Source: Nemertoderma westbladi (Eukaryota; Animalia; Xenacoelomorpha). Taken from it: 64,000 nucleotides of DNA. The position numbers and the translations under genes were made by a program. The notes beneath the pieces are model-generated. The model was not told the DNA's origin. It searched no databases and saw nothing but the letters and a program-made list of their open reading frames with translations. Positions within the stretch are counted from its first letter, which is position 1, and the number at the start of each line of letters is the position of its first letter. Below are positions 27,601-37,663 of the stretch, one piece after another. The stretch spans positions 62,001 to 126,000 of the forward strand of contig JAUCBJ010000788.1 in the NCBI GenBank assembly GCA_032718475.1, written 5' to 3'.

Positions 27601-28147
27601 TGTTAGCTTATCCAATTCCGCTAACATGAACCCACAAAGTAAGCCGTTGAGCAATATTGGGAGCACGAGGTTGATTACCAATCAACCTCGTGTCACCCCA
27701 GTAAACGGGGACAATAGGCCCCAAAGGAGACACACACAATAAGGGTCAGGGGCCAAACCCCTAATAGAGAGAGAACAACAGGGGCAACGGGAAACACACC
27801 AGGGAAGGTGAAAGGGCGAGAAGTGGGATATTAGCCAATGGGGGGACAGCATCGACTAGGTACAGTAATATGGCCAACTGTGCAGTACATATAATACCTG
27901 TTGGTGCTTCCCTATTCAGTCAGTTTACTCAGTCAGATCAGTAGGGTGGAACGGTGACTTCTATCACCGTCCGCTACCGCCATCATACTTATCTACCGGT
28001 AACCGTGTCATACTATGCTATATATATCAACTATATTATACCTTATACATATAACCGAACACCAGAACTCTTTTACCTTTCACACACGGCGGGGACGCGT
28101 AGATAGAAAACCCAACGGATAAACCGGGATCCGTAGATCCCATCACA
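27601..28147. mobile_element. Solo LTR (547 bp) inside the Polinton
   Basis: TGT...ACA termini. 5-bp TSD CGTGT at 27596-27600 and 28148-28152. Both ends resemble the inverted ends of 61026-61688. Confidence 0.8.
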
Positions 28148-28263
28148 CGTGTGTGCAGCAGGCAACGCTAAGCTCGGTGAGAAAAGATTAGGGCTATGTG
28201 CTGGTATTCATAGTCAAAGACAATGCCCTCCTATCTGTTACTAGTCTGTATACCGGTACATAT

Positions 28264-28448
28264 TGTAGTGGTCAACGAAAGAATAATATAATAAAACGAA
28301 ATATAATATTATTGCCTGAATAATAATGACATACTGACTAACATGATATATGGAAAGATAAGCAGTAGGACAGAGATGAAAGGCAGTGTAGTATGAATGT
28401 TCAATCAATGAATAGTTTTGAATATCCCGCCAAAGTCTCTACCCTACA
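28264..28448 (-). repeat. Gypsy 3' LTR
   Basis: Matches 32541-32725 with one substitution seen. Polypurine tract GGAGGGGGGG (minus strand) lies adjacent at ~28452-28461. Confidence 0.97.
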
Positions 28449-28476
28449 TAACCCCCCCTCCAGCGTGCAAACGCGA

Positions 28477-31400
28477 TCAGCCCGGAGAGAAGGTGGTCGG
28501 TGGGCGGAGGCGGCGGCCGAACCGGGAGAAATTGGCCGAGTCCGGGATCAGCGGCGGCGTGGACGATGACGCGATGGGCTGTGGCGCAGGTGGCAAAGAA
28601 GCGGCGTGGGCGTACGTGATGGGGGGAGGTAGACCTGATGCAGCCATTGGTATGTGGGCGATCTTGAGCCGGTCGATGGAGACGGAGTTCTCGCGGCCGT
28701 CGAGGTCCACCACAAAGTGCTTCGCGTGGCGGGAGACAACCGGGTACGGGCCAACATACGGGCGGTCGAGGGGGCCGCAGCGGGTGCCGCGGCGCACGAA
28801 AACGTGAGAGGCCGTAGTCAACTGCGGCGGCAGAGAGGTGGATGTCGGTGAGCCATGATACGCCGGCGGCGGGGCGGACGAGCGGAGGCGGTCGCGGAGG
28901 TCGGCAACGAAAGACGACGATGGGGGTAAAACGGCGGATGTGGCGGGCGCGACGAACTCGCCGGGAACGTGCAGCTTGGTGCCGTAAACTATGTCCGCCG
29001 GAGAGCACTCTGGGTCTTCCTTCCACGAAGTGCGGATGCCCAGCAGCACCAGGGGAAGCTCGTCCATCCACCCGGGTCCGGTGAGTCGGGCCTTCAGTGC
29101 GGCCTTGAGCTGGCGGTGCAGTCGCTCGACCATCCCATTCGCCTGCGGGTGGTAGGCCGTGGTCGTGTTCGCGGAGATGCCCAGCAGCTTGTTCAACTCC
29201 GTCCAGAGGTGTGAAGTGAACTGGGGGCCGCGATCCGAGGTGATGGCTGCGGGCACCCCGAAACGGCTGATCCAGCCTCGTAGGAGTGCACGTGCGCACG
29301 TGGCGGTTGTGGCGTCGGCGAGTGGGAGCGCCTCTGGCCAGCGGCTGAACCGGTCGATGACGGTGAATAGGTATGTGTTCCCTTCGGACGTTGGGAGGGG
29401 GCCGACCAAGTCGACGTGGAGGTTCTCAAAGCGGTTGTCGGGGGCGGCATGGCTGACGAGGGGAGCCCGAACGTGACGGGCGACCTTGGACGACTGGCAA
29501 GCAAGACATTCGTCGCAGCGACGTTTGACGTCTCGCTTCAAGTTGTGCCAAACGAACTTGGAGGAGATCGCCCGGATGGTGGGGCGGGGTCCCGGGTGTG
29601 ACAGTCCGTGGATGGTTTCGAAGATGCGGCCCTGCCATTCGATGGGCACTACGGGTCGCTCCTTGCCGGTGGAGATGTCGCAGAGCACATTGGTGTCGCC
29701 AAACGGGATGTCGGCGAAGCGGAGGCCGGTGACGGCGGTGCGGTAGGCGACGATCTCGGCGGACGTCCGTTGCGCTGCGGCGAGCGCGGCGAAGTCCACG
29801 TCGGGAGAGAGAAGGGCGGCGATGGAGCGCGGCGTGTCGATGGAGCATGGTGGGTCTCCCGAGCGGGAGAGAGCGTCTGCGACCATGTTGTCTTTGCCGG
29901 AGACGTGCCGCAGGTCCGTCGTAAATTCTGAGATGAACGAGAGTCGCGTCTGCCGGGGCGACCGCTCGGCCGCACTGCTAAGGGCGAACGTGAGCGGCTT
30001 GTGGTCCGTATATATCGTGAAGCTGCGGCCCTCGACGAGGTGGCGGAAATGGCGGACGGCACCGTACATAGCCAGCAGCTCGAGGTCGAAGGCGCTGTAC
30101 TTCTTCTCCGCCGAGGACAGCTTGCGGGAGAAGAAGGCGAGAGGTTCCCATGCGGCCGATGTGGCAGTACGTTGTTCCACGACGGCTCCGATGGCGGTGG
30201 TCGAGGCGTCGCACGTGAGTGAGAACTGGGCCGTCCGGGACGGGTGGACGAGCATGGTGGCGTTGGCCAGGGCCGCCTTGGCCGCAGCGAAGGCGGAGGA
30301 GCAGTCGGATGACCAGGTAAAGACCGACCCGGCGGCGCCGGAGGCGGCTGCATGGAGTGGGGCAAGCACTTCAGCGATTCCGGGGGCGAAACGGTGGTAG
30401 AAATTGACCATCCCGAGGAACCGTTGGAGGCCGGCCTTGTCCGTGGGCGTGGCGAACTCGGTGATGGCGGTTACCTTGGAGGCGAGGGGAGTTACGCCGC
30501 GGGCGCTCACCGTGTGGCCGAGGTACTCGAGTTCGGGGAGGCCGAAACTACATTTCCTGCGTTGGACGACTAGGCCGTTGGCGACCAGGGCGCCGAAAAC
30601 CTGTCGCAAGTGCTCGGCGTGCTCCTCCTTCGTCTTGCTAGCCACCAAGATGTCGTCGAGGTAGACAAAGGCGCAGTCCAGGCCGCGGAGGACGCCGTCC
30701 ATCAGTCGCTGGAACGCCTGCGCCGCGTTCTTCAGGCCGAACGGCATCTGTAGGAATTCCCAGAGGCCGAAAGGGGTGATGATGGCCGTCTTGGGGGTGT
30801 CCGCCGCCCGCATCGGGACCTGATGGTAGCCCCGGGCGAGGTCGATCTTGGAGAAGATCGTCGTGCCGGCCAAGCAGGCGTTGAAGTCCTGGATGTGGGG
30901 GAGGGGGTATTGGTCGGCCACGGTGGCCGCGTTGAGGCGCCTGAAATCGCCGCATGGACGCCAACCGCCCCCGGGCTTCGGCGCAATGTGCAGGGCCGAC
31001 GACCACGGGGAATTGGAGCGCCGGATGATCCCGAGTTCTTCCATTTTGGCGAACTCGGCCTTGGCGACGGTCAGTTTCTCTGGGTCTAGACGACGAGCGC
31101 GAGCGTGAAGCAGGGGGCCTTCCGTCACTATGTGGTGCTCCACCCAGTGGCGGTTGGCCACCCCGGGTTGGAACCGCGGGATGACGACCTCGGGGAACTT
31201 GTTGATGATGGCGTCGAAGGCAGAGATGGAGGCAACGTGGAGGCCGCTGACGCCGCTGTGGAAGGCGGCGGAGAAGGCCGGGATCACGTGGCCGTCGTCG
31301 AGGGAGATGAGGCGCCGGCTGCGGAGATCGATGGCGATGTTATGGGCGGCGAAGAAATCGGCTCCGAGGATGGCCCTGGGGACGGCGGCGATAGAGAACT

Positions 31401-31668
31401 CGAACCCGAAGTCCCAGGGGTGTGTTGTGCCAAAACGCATCCTGTGGGTGCGGTAGCCCCATGTAGAGATGGAGCTGCCGTTGGCCGCGATGAGGGGGGC
31501 GGTGGCCGGTCGCTTGCGGGCGGCGGCGTCGGCCGGGAGAACCGACACCTCCGCTCCGCAGTCCACGAGGTAGACTATGCCTTGGTCGTCTCGCACCATG
31601 ACAGTCTTCTTGGCTTGCCCCCGGGGAACGCCGACCGCCTGGGCTAGCGGCCGGCGTTGGCGTTTCCC
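28477..31668 (-). CDS. pol: Gypsy Pol polyprotein (protease, RT, RNase H, integrase), entered by -1 frameshift
   Basis: LVDCGAEVS protease; MPFGLKNA and YLDD RT; CDAS RNase H; H..H..C..C zinc motif; HVDLVGP, SDRGPQF and VERLHR integrase; GPY module. Confidence 0.97.
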   Translation of the reverse strand, partial: GKRQRRPLAQAVGVPRGQAKKTVMVRDDQGIVYLVDCGAEVSVLPADAAARKRPATAPLIAANGSSISTWGYRTHRMRFGTTHPWDFGFEFSIAAVPRAILGADFFAAHNIAIDLRSRRLISLDDGHVIPAFSAAFHSGVSGLHVASISAFDAIINKFPEVVIPRFQPGVANRHWVEHHIVTEGPLLHARARRLDPEKLTVAKAEFAKMEELGIIRRSNSPWSSALHIAPKPGGGWRPCGDFRRLNAATVADQYPLPHIQDFNACLAGTTIFSKIDLARGYHQVPMRAADTPKTAIITPFGLWEFLQMPFGLKNAAQAFQRLMDGVLRGLDCAFVYLDDILVASKTKEEHAEHLRQVFGALVANGLVVQRRKCSFGLPELEYLGHTVSARGVTPLASKVTAITEFATPTDKAGLQRFLGMVNFYHRFAPGIAEVLAPLHAAASGAAGSVFTWSSDCSSAFAAAKAALANATMLVHPSRTAQFSLTCDASTTAIGAVVEQRTATSAAWEPLAFFSRKLSSAEKKYSAFDLELLAMYGAVRHFRHLVEGRSFTIYTDHKPLTFALSSAAERSPRQTRLSFISEFTTDLRHVSGKDNMVADALSRSGDPPCSIDTPRSIAALLSPDVDFAALAAAQRTSAEIVAYRTAVTGLRFADIPFGDTNVLCDISTGKERPVVPIEWQGRIFETIHGLSHPGPRPTIRAISSKFVWHNLKRDVKRRCDECLACQSSKVARHVRAPLVSHAAPDNRFENLHVDLVGPLPTSEGNTYLFTVIDRFSRWPEALPLADATTATCARALLRGWISRFGVPAAITSDRGPQFTSHLWTELNKLLGISANTTTAYHPQANGMVERLHRQLKAALKARLTGPGWMDELPLVLLGIRTSWKEDPECSPADIVYGTKLHVPGEFVAPATSAVLPPSSSFVADLRDRLRSSAPPPAYHGSPTSTSLPPQLTTASHVFVRRGTRCGPLDRPYVGPYPVVSRHAKHFVVDLDGRENSVSIDRLKIAHIPMAASGLPPPITYAHAASLPPAPQPIASSSTPPLIPDSANFSRFGRRLRPPTTFSPG

Positions 31669-32480
31669 GACCTCGATGCGGGATGAGAACCGTCGGCCGG
31701 GCAGTCGATGGTGATGGGAACGGCCGAAGACGAAGGACACCTGCCGCGTTCGCAGCGGCGGGCTGCCGGACCGAAACGCCGGTGGTACCAGCATGTGCCG
31801 CTCGGGTTGTCGGCGGTGTTGCGCTGCTGCTGTGGCTGCGTGGTGGAACGACGGCCGATGACCGAGATCCTGGCAGTGGGGACGGTAGAAGAGGAGCGGG
31901 CCTCCAAGATGCGGTCAGCGTCGACGGCGAGTGCATTGAGGTCCGTTTGGTTCGACCCGGCGAGGACGCCCCGGACCTCGGCCGGCAGCTGGGCCAGGAA
32001 GATGGCCCGCAGGAGCGTTTCCGGATCGGCATTGAGGCCTCTAATGTGCCGGAGGAGGCCGGTTGGCTTGCGGTCGCCGAGGCCGGCCAGCGAGAGAAGT
32101 TCCGCATCTTTGCTCGCCTGGGTGCGGCCGAAGGCCCTGCAGAGGGCGGTCTTGATGCCGTCGTACAGGTCGTTGGCCGGGGGGTTGATGATGTCGGACC
32201 GGACCTCCGCGGCGACGGCGTTGTCAAGGCACGCGATGATGTGGTTGTACTTGGTGCTGTCCACCGTGATCCCCTTGACGGCGAATTGGGCCTCCACCTG
32301 CCGGAACCAAACCTCCGGGTCGGAAGTCCAGAACGGAGGCAGTTTGAGAGCGACCGCAGAGATGGCGGCTGGGGTAGCCAGGGCGGCTTTTGCGCCGGTG
32401 GGGTTGGCGGCCAAGGAGGCGGCCATGGCGGCAGCGGCGGCTTCGGCGAAGGCCTGATGTTCCTCGCGGGTAAGAGGCAT
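31644..32480 (-). CDS. gag: Gypsy Gag
   Basis: KLPPFW..DPEVWF.QVEAQF, LGDRKP, and CWYH.RFG..A.RC...C are typical of this Gag family. First ATG after the PBS is at 32480. Confidence 0.93.
   Translation of the reverse strand: MPLTREEHQAFAEAAAAAMAASLAANPTGAKAALATPAAISAVALKLPPFWTSDPEVWFRQVEAQFAVKGITVDSTKYNHIIACLDNAVAAEVRSDIINPPANDLYDGIKTALCRAFGRTQASKDAELLSLAGLGDRKPTGLLRHIRGLNADPETLLRAIFLAQLPAEVRGVLAGSNQTDLNALAVDADRILEARSSSTVPTARISVIGRRSTTQPQQQRNTADNPSGTCWYHRRFGPAARRCERGRCPSSSAVPITIDCPADGSHPASRSGNANAGR
31662..31668 (-). promoter_or_regulatory. -1 ribosomal frameshift slippery site G GGA AAC
   Basis: In gag phase (tcG GGA AAC) a few codons before the gag stop. Pol is in the -1 frame and GC-rich self-complementary sequence follows. 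Confidence 0.8.
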
Positions 32481-32526
32481 GAGGACGAAGTAGGCGGGGA
32501 AAATAATCAGGAAAGGGAGTCTGAAT

Positions 32527-32539
32527 CTCCGGGTCACCA
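32527..32539 (-). promoter_or_regulatory. Primer-binding site TGGTGACCCG (tRNA-Trp-like)
   Basis: Lies one base inside the 5' LTR boundary. First 9 nt match the TGGTGACCC pattern of Trp PBSs. Confidence 0.7.
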
Positions 32540-32540
32540 A

Positions 32541-32725
32541 TGTAGTGGTCAACGAAAGAATAATATAATAAAACGAAATATAATATTATTGCCTGAATAA
32601 TAATGACATACTGACTAACATGATATATGGAAAGATAAGCAGTAGGACAGAGATGAAAGGCAGTGTAGTATGAATGTTCAATCAATGAATAGTTTTGAAT
32701 ATCCCACCAAAGTCTCTACCCTACA
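32541..32725 (-). repeat. Gypsy 5' LTR
   Basis: Direct repeat of 28264-28448. Confidence 0.97.
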
Positions 32726-33001
32726 ATATTATTAAAACATCAGCTATGCATCTCCCTACATTCAGAATAGAACAATGAACAGAGCATATATCGCTAACTA
32801 ATCCGCATGGGAAAGGTTTATGTTGTGCATTTTGTTAACTATGAGAATTTTGTAATCTAAACATCTGCGACCCTCTACAAAAATATATATAAACTCAATT
32901 TTTCTAACAGTGAACTATAATTTTGTTAAACAAAATACCAGTAGGCCTATTTAATTTTAAGATATTCTTACCGGTAGTTACGACGACAACTTACCTCGAA
33001 G

Positions 33002-33400
33002 ATGACATTTGCCTTTTTTAACAACCAAGCGATGAAAAGTAGTATCAAAATTGATTTGGAATCAAGCGAAACATATCTCTCGTCATCCAATATTGCCGAG
33101 ATGGAGTTGCGTTTCATAAACCAAAAATTTGAAATCGGCTTTACTTCGGTAGAAAATGGAGTACCTTTATCACCAACAAAGGTTGAAATTTCTAAAGATT
33201 TCACACTAAATATAAGGATACAACCATGCACATGCTCTAGTGAAAATTCGGAGAATTGGGAGAATGATGCCGATAATACGCTTCGCTTCGATCTACCGAT
33301 GCAAGGACCGGTAGAAGTTAGGCCTATAAACTCAAACAACCATTTACAGGTACCGGTAATGGAGGAAACACCTCTGAGGGATCCTCATATAGGCCTATAA
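33002..33400 (+). CDS. Hypothetical 132-aa acidic ORF inside the Polinton
   Basis: Open frame with protein-like composition; no motif recognised. Confidence 0.35.
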   Translation: MTFAFFNNQAMKSSIKIDLESSETYLSSSNIAEMELRFINQKFEIGFTSVENGVPLSPTKVEISKDFTLNIRIQPCTCSSENSENWENDADNTLRFDLPMQGPVEVRPINSNNHLQVPVMEETPLRDPHIGL

Positions 33401-33440
33401 AAAAAGTATAATACGGTAATAATACCGGTAATAAATTTAG

Positions 33441-33483
<43 letters not shown>

Positions 33484-34821
33484 AAAACTTAGTACTATAG
33501 TTAGGAACAGCGATCACTTTCTGACTGAAGCTCAGCGAAAAATTATTCGCATATTTACAACCAGAAAAGTGACCGTGCAGTCACTATTTGGAGCATTTTC
33601 TGCGGATACATTCTGGTTGTAAATTGTGGCCAGTGTTCCTGACTGTACTGTAAATATTACTGCAGTAGCTGTAGCAGTAAGTTTATTTTATATTTGATTT
33701 AATAAATGTTATCAATCTGTCTACCTATTTTATATCTAATTTAAAAAAAAGCGAATACATAAATAAACTAACTATGTTTTATATAGACCCGTCAACATAG
33801 AGTGAATGTTAGTAACAGAGAATGTGGTGGATTTTATATAGGCCTAGTTAGGTATACCGCGAGCCACACCTATTGTATCCGAGTGGAGCCTTTATATGAC
33901 TGGTTGAATGAAGGGGCGCCTGACTGTGAGTTCTAAAGGTTAACTGTATAGCATACAACATACTGACATAAAGTGAATGTTGAAAGTTAGTAACAGAGTG
34001 CGAGGGGATTTTATAGGACCAATAGCGCTACCGGTACCTAACCACACCTATTGTATCCGTGAGCTAGTCAGCTTTCAGTTGAGGAGTCATTAGGCCTATA
34101 TGCCTAATCGAATGAAGGTGTACCGTAAACCATTTTGGGTCAACATTCGAAAAAGGGGCCGCATAAAGTTAACTATAGCTGTATAGGCTTGCCTATGCAA
34201 CAGTAGTAGCCCACAGTAATGTAGATTAGACCAATTAAAGTTATAAACAGAAAATTGGAAGCATTCAAGTGTAATAGCCTAATCCTTAAATCGAAGAAAC
34301 CTGCATGCCCTTGCTCTATCCAAGTATACAGTTACAAGAGTGCTACAGCGCCGGTACCAGTAGGCCTATTGTTAGGTGGGCCCCTCTAATGCTGCATTCA
34401 CGAACCCCATGTCGAGTTAATTTAATTTTATTATTAGTTAGTAACGCTAAAGCGCTGTGGGTGCTGTCACTCTAGAAGGGGGTGCCATTCTGCCCATTCT
34501 GCCGTTCTACAGTTTAGCGTTGTTGTTATATGTCTGTATGTGTGTAAAGTCAGCTACTGGTAGTTAAACTCTGATACAACAGCTGGCTACTGGTAGGTAC
34601 GGTGTGTTTGTGAGTGTAAACTTAAGCCCTACACCTTCAGTCAAACTGAGATATAAAAAAATAGATTTTAATGTTTTTATTATTTTTATTGACATTAAAA
34701 CAATTATATTATCCCATCACATTACATGCTTAGAGTAAACCTACTGTACGAGTACATCTTCTACCGCAATTATTTCTTTCTGTTTATCATCAGTCTCAGT
34801 TAAACGCTTTCTCACGAAAAA

Positions 34822-35340
34822 TCACTTTAATTCATACCCTCCGACTCGTTTTGCAGAGCAGTACCGCAGACAGTTATCCCTTGTGTTTAAGTGGAAAGCA
34901 CATTTATTTTCTACTGTAGTAAATTGATCGTGGAAGCGACAAGGGGTTAAATAGTTGTAATATCGCTGATATATCCCCAATTTCTCCATCGAATTTGGTG
35001 CGAGAACATCAAGTTGGGAAACTAATATTGCCTGCTTCATCAACCCAAATACATGTATATTTTTTTTATATTTTAAATGTCTCTTCATGTACTTTTTAAA
35101 GTCATCTTGCGAAATGTCACCGTAATCCCAAGGTAAATGCGAAGTCATGTCCCGTAAATTGTTTACGTGGGCTTTATCTAATGCTGATAACTTAATATTA
35201 GGTGGACCTTTAATTAAAAACGTCTTTACATTAGTTTTGGTGTAATTAGAATCGAATATAGCAAATTCTTTAAATACTACTGGATATTCCTTATTGTCTA
35301 TCGTATAATATTGAAAATCAACAAAAATAATATTATCCAT
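34822..35340 (-). CDS. DEDD/DnaQ-like exonuclease-fold accessory protein with Cys/His-rich C-terminus
   Basis: IIFVDFQ...FKEFAI...HLPWDYGDI...VFG..K and C..H...C.....C pattern seen in Polinton accessory genes. The catalytic set looks incomplete (D-x-Q). Confidence 0.55.
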   Translation of the reverse strand: MDNIIFVDFQYYTIDNKEYPVVFKEFAIFDSNYTKTNVKTFLIKGPPNIKLSALDKAHVNNLRDMTSHLPWDYGDISQDDFKKYMKRHLKYKKNIHVFGLMKQAILVSQLDVLAPNSMEKLGIYQRYYNYLTPCRFHDQFTTVENKCAFHLNTRDNCLRYCSAKRVGGYELK

Positions 35341-35405
35341 TTTATCTGATAATATATTTAGATAAACAAAAGTTAAATGATTAATTACAACGCTTGTTGG
35401 TTTAT

Positions 35406-35837
35406 TTAATAATAATTAACAAGCCATTTATATAATATTATTTCATTTATTTCCACATTATTTGTAAACGCTCTCATTGGATAGTTTGTGTGAATTCGAT
35501 TTACCAAGTAATAAAGACAGTATAATCCACATGTGGTCCTCCTGGGGTCTTGAAATTGTTTCCGGGTAGTACACCACCTTGCTGAATTTTTCTCAAGCCA
35601 TTTTTCGATACATCTGTTTGGATATTTTGGTCCAAACGAATTAAATAATTCAGCCTCATTATCTCGTATATATATAGCTATCCAATGAACCCCGGGTAGA
35701 TGCTCTTTATCGGTATTTACTATTAACCCATAATCTCTCCGCTTATTATTATCTAATTTAGGTAATTTGTTAGATGGAAACGCTCCCAAATAGTGACCAC
35801 CCACTGGAAACATATCAAGGTCCTCTGTAGATAACAT
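35406..35837 (-). CDS. Adenain-like (Ulp1/C5-type) cysteine maturation protease
   Basis: IVNTD...PGVHWIAI...FNSFG...Q.....CGLYC gives His, Gln and Cys. The usual Asp of FDS reads Asn. Confidence 0.92.
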   Translation of the reverse strand: MLSTEDLDMFPVGGHYLGAFPSNKLPKLDNNKRRDYGLIVNTDKEHLPGVHWIAIYIRDNEAELFNSFGPKYPNRCIEKWLEKNSARWCTTRKQFQDPRRTTCGLYCLYYLVNRIHTNYPMRAFTNNVEINEIILYKWLVNYY

Positions 35838-35839
35838 AC

Positions 35840-37096
35840 TTAATCGATATGTATTTCTTTCCTGCTATTTAAACTTAATGATTGATCATAAATATTAAAA
35901 ACGATTACATTTATGGTCTCAACCAACGGTTCGGCAAATTTTAATTTTAATTGCCCGTTAGTATATATCGATGGTTGCGGATCTCTAACATAGCCGTCGG
36001 CGGTTAGGTCCCAGGATATGAGTGGGCAATTACCTAAGTAGGTTTCATGGTCTATATTATTACCTCCATAACCGTTAATATATGTATTAATGTTTTTCAT
36101 TAATTGAGTATACTCAAAAATGTATGTTCCATCTGTAAAATTAGGCTCGTATATTACACCACCTACTGGAAGACCGTCTACAATCAGTTCCACGCGTCTA
36201 AGGTTAAAATGTTCAAATTTCAAGGGGTTACTAATTAATTCTCCCGAATATGCATTATTTGTTATAAAACCGATAATAACTAATTTGGGTTTTTTACCAT
36301 CAAATATGTTTGTTTGGGTGTAATTTGTGGTTTGAGCGGGAATAGTAAATGTTGTAACCTCCTTTTTTTGGAATTGATATTCAATATCGTAACTCTCTAA
36401 ACCTTTTAGGTGACTGCTTTCTATTACTGGATTAACCTCCATTCTAGGGATTAGGATCTTTACTTCATCTAATTCTAACCGAAGATTTGTCACAGCGTTT
36501 GCGTTTGGAGTGATTTTAAAAATAAACGAATTTGATACTTTTCTAAAATGCATTCTTAAATCATACCCGGGTTGTATTATTTTAGTTTCAGTATCAAAAT
36601 CAATTGTCAAGTAAACAAATTGCATTTGTTTACTAAAGGCATCACCAATAGGATGCGCACCAGGATTAATTTCATTTCCGTGTTCGGATAAAGGCTGATG
36701 AAAGCCACCCGCCCCCAGTAGCCCATTTTTAGATTCGTATGTTGTAAATAGTAAATTGGATAAGTACGACTTGTAGAAATAATGGTTATTGCTATTTTCA
36801 ACCTGCTTCTCATTAAGGTCTATTTTAATATCACTCCATATAGTCCCAGAAGGGTAATTCAACATATAAATATGAGAGTTTTCAAGTCGTCTATCCCACC
36901 GTACAGTACATTTTGTAATTAATAACGCATCTTGCAGTTTCGTATAGAATTCATTGGATCTTGGTACAAGGAACGTGACTTCCCTAGACTCACTTCTGAG
37001 ATTAGATACGGGGTAAATTGTTTCATAATGCATTGCTTTAAATTCAGTCTGTATTGGCTGTGTAGAAAATAAATCTAATTCCTTAATAATTGACAT
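35840..37096 (-). CDS. Double jelly-roll major capsid protein
   Basis: 418 aa; ELDLF..PIQT, Y.YKSYL..LL, PK.VIIGF..N.AYSG...NP..F.HFNL, WDLT, LKFAEPL; adjacent to the protease. Confidence 0.9.
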   Translation of the reverse strand: MSIIKELDLFSTQPIQTEFKAMHYETIYPVSNLRSESREVTFLVPRSNEFYTKLQDALLITKCTVRWDRRLENSHIYMLNYPSGTIWSDIKIDLNEKQVENSNNHYFYKSYLSNLLFTTYESKNGLLGAGGFHQPLSEHGNEINPGAHPIGDAFSKQMQFVYLTIDFDTETKIIQPGYDLRMHFRKVSNSFIFKITPNANAVTNLRLELDEVKILIPRMEVNPVIESSHLKGLESYDIEYQFQKKEVTTFTIPAQTTNYTQTNIFDGKKPKLVIIGFITNNAYSGELISNPLKFEHFNLRRVELIVDGLPVGGVIYEPNFTDGTYIFEYTQLMKNINTYINGYGGNNIDHETYLGNCPLISWDLTADGYVRDPQPSIYTNGQLKLKFAEPLVETINVIVFNIYDQSLSLNSRKEIHID

Positions 37097-37098
37097 TA

Positions 37099-37662
37099 TT
37101 AAAAAATACTTTTTTCGCAGTGTTTCAGTTTGCCTTTTATTTTTCTATTTTTACTACGACGATGATGTATGTTCATAGACATTGGTCTAGTAGGTCGCTT
37201 TAAATCTCTATAAACTTTTTCTACAACTGATCTTGTTGATGGTTTCATTTTATTTAATGCTTTATTAATAACCGTATTAGCCTGCTGATGTAAGACCCGC
37301 TTACCTTTTGGTATTACATATTGTCTCATAAATTTTGTGGTAAATGGTAAAGCTTTTTGTAAAACTTTTTTTGCTAATGGCTTACCAAATTTTTTCAATG
37401 TAGATAAAGCGTCTGTAAATATACCTTACCCATGTTGATTTGTTCGCAACATACCTCTACGATAACGTTGAAATCGACGTTGTTTTAAGTTTGGACCAAA
37501 TGCACCAATTTGTTGTCCGTAAGGGTCAATATATGAACCACCTCGAAAAACAGGAACTTGCGTCGAGCCTCTCGTACTTCTACCACCTTTAAAAACAGCA
37601 AGATTAGAGTCTGCACCACCATATTGAGGTTTACTGTATCTTTGAAATAAATCGGAATCCAT
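37099..37662 (-). pseudogene. Basic virion core-like protein; one gene with an in-frame premature stop at 37426-37428
   Basis: The two track ORFs are in frame: ...NQHG*GIFTDALSTLKKFGKPL.... QxGG/QxGxG motifs and a Lys/Arg-rich body. Confidence 0.75.
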
Positions 37663-37663
37663 T

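Larger units (their letters stand above)
28264..32725 (-). mobile_element. Ty3/Gypsy LTR retrotransposon, apparently intact, 4,462 bp
   Basis: 185-bp LTRs (TGT...ACA), 4-bp TSD ATAT, PBS, PPT, gag, and PR-RT-RH-IN pol order. Confidence 0.98.

Noticed and set aside
28418-32685. Many long overlapping or antisense ORFs over the Gypsy element
   Set aside because: Expected from high GC and few stop codons; no motifs.
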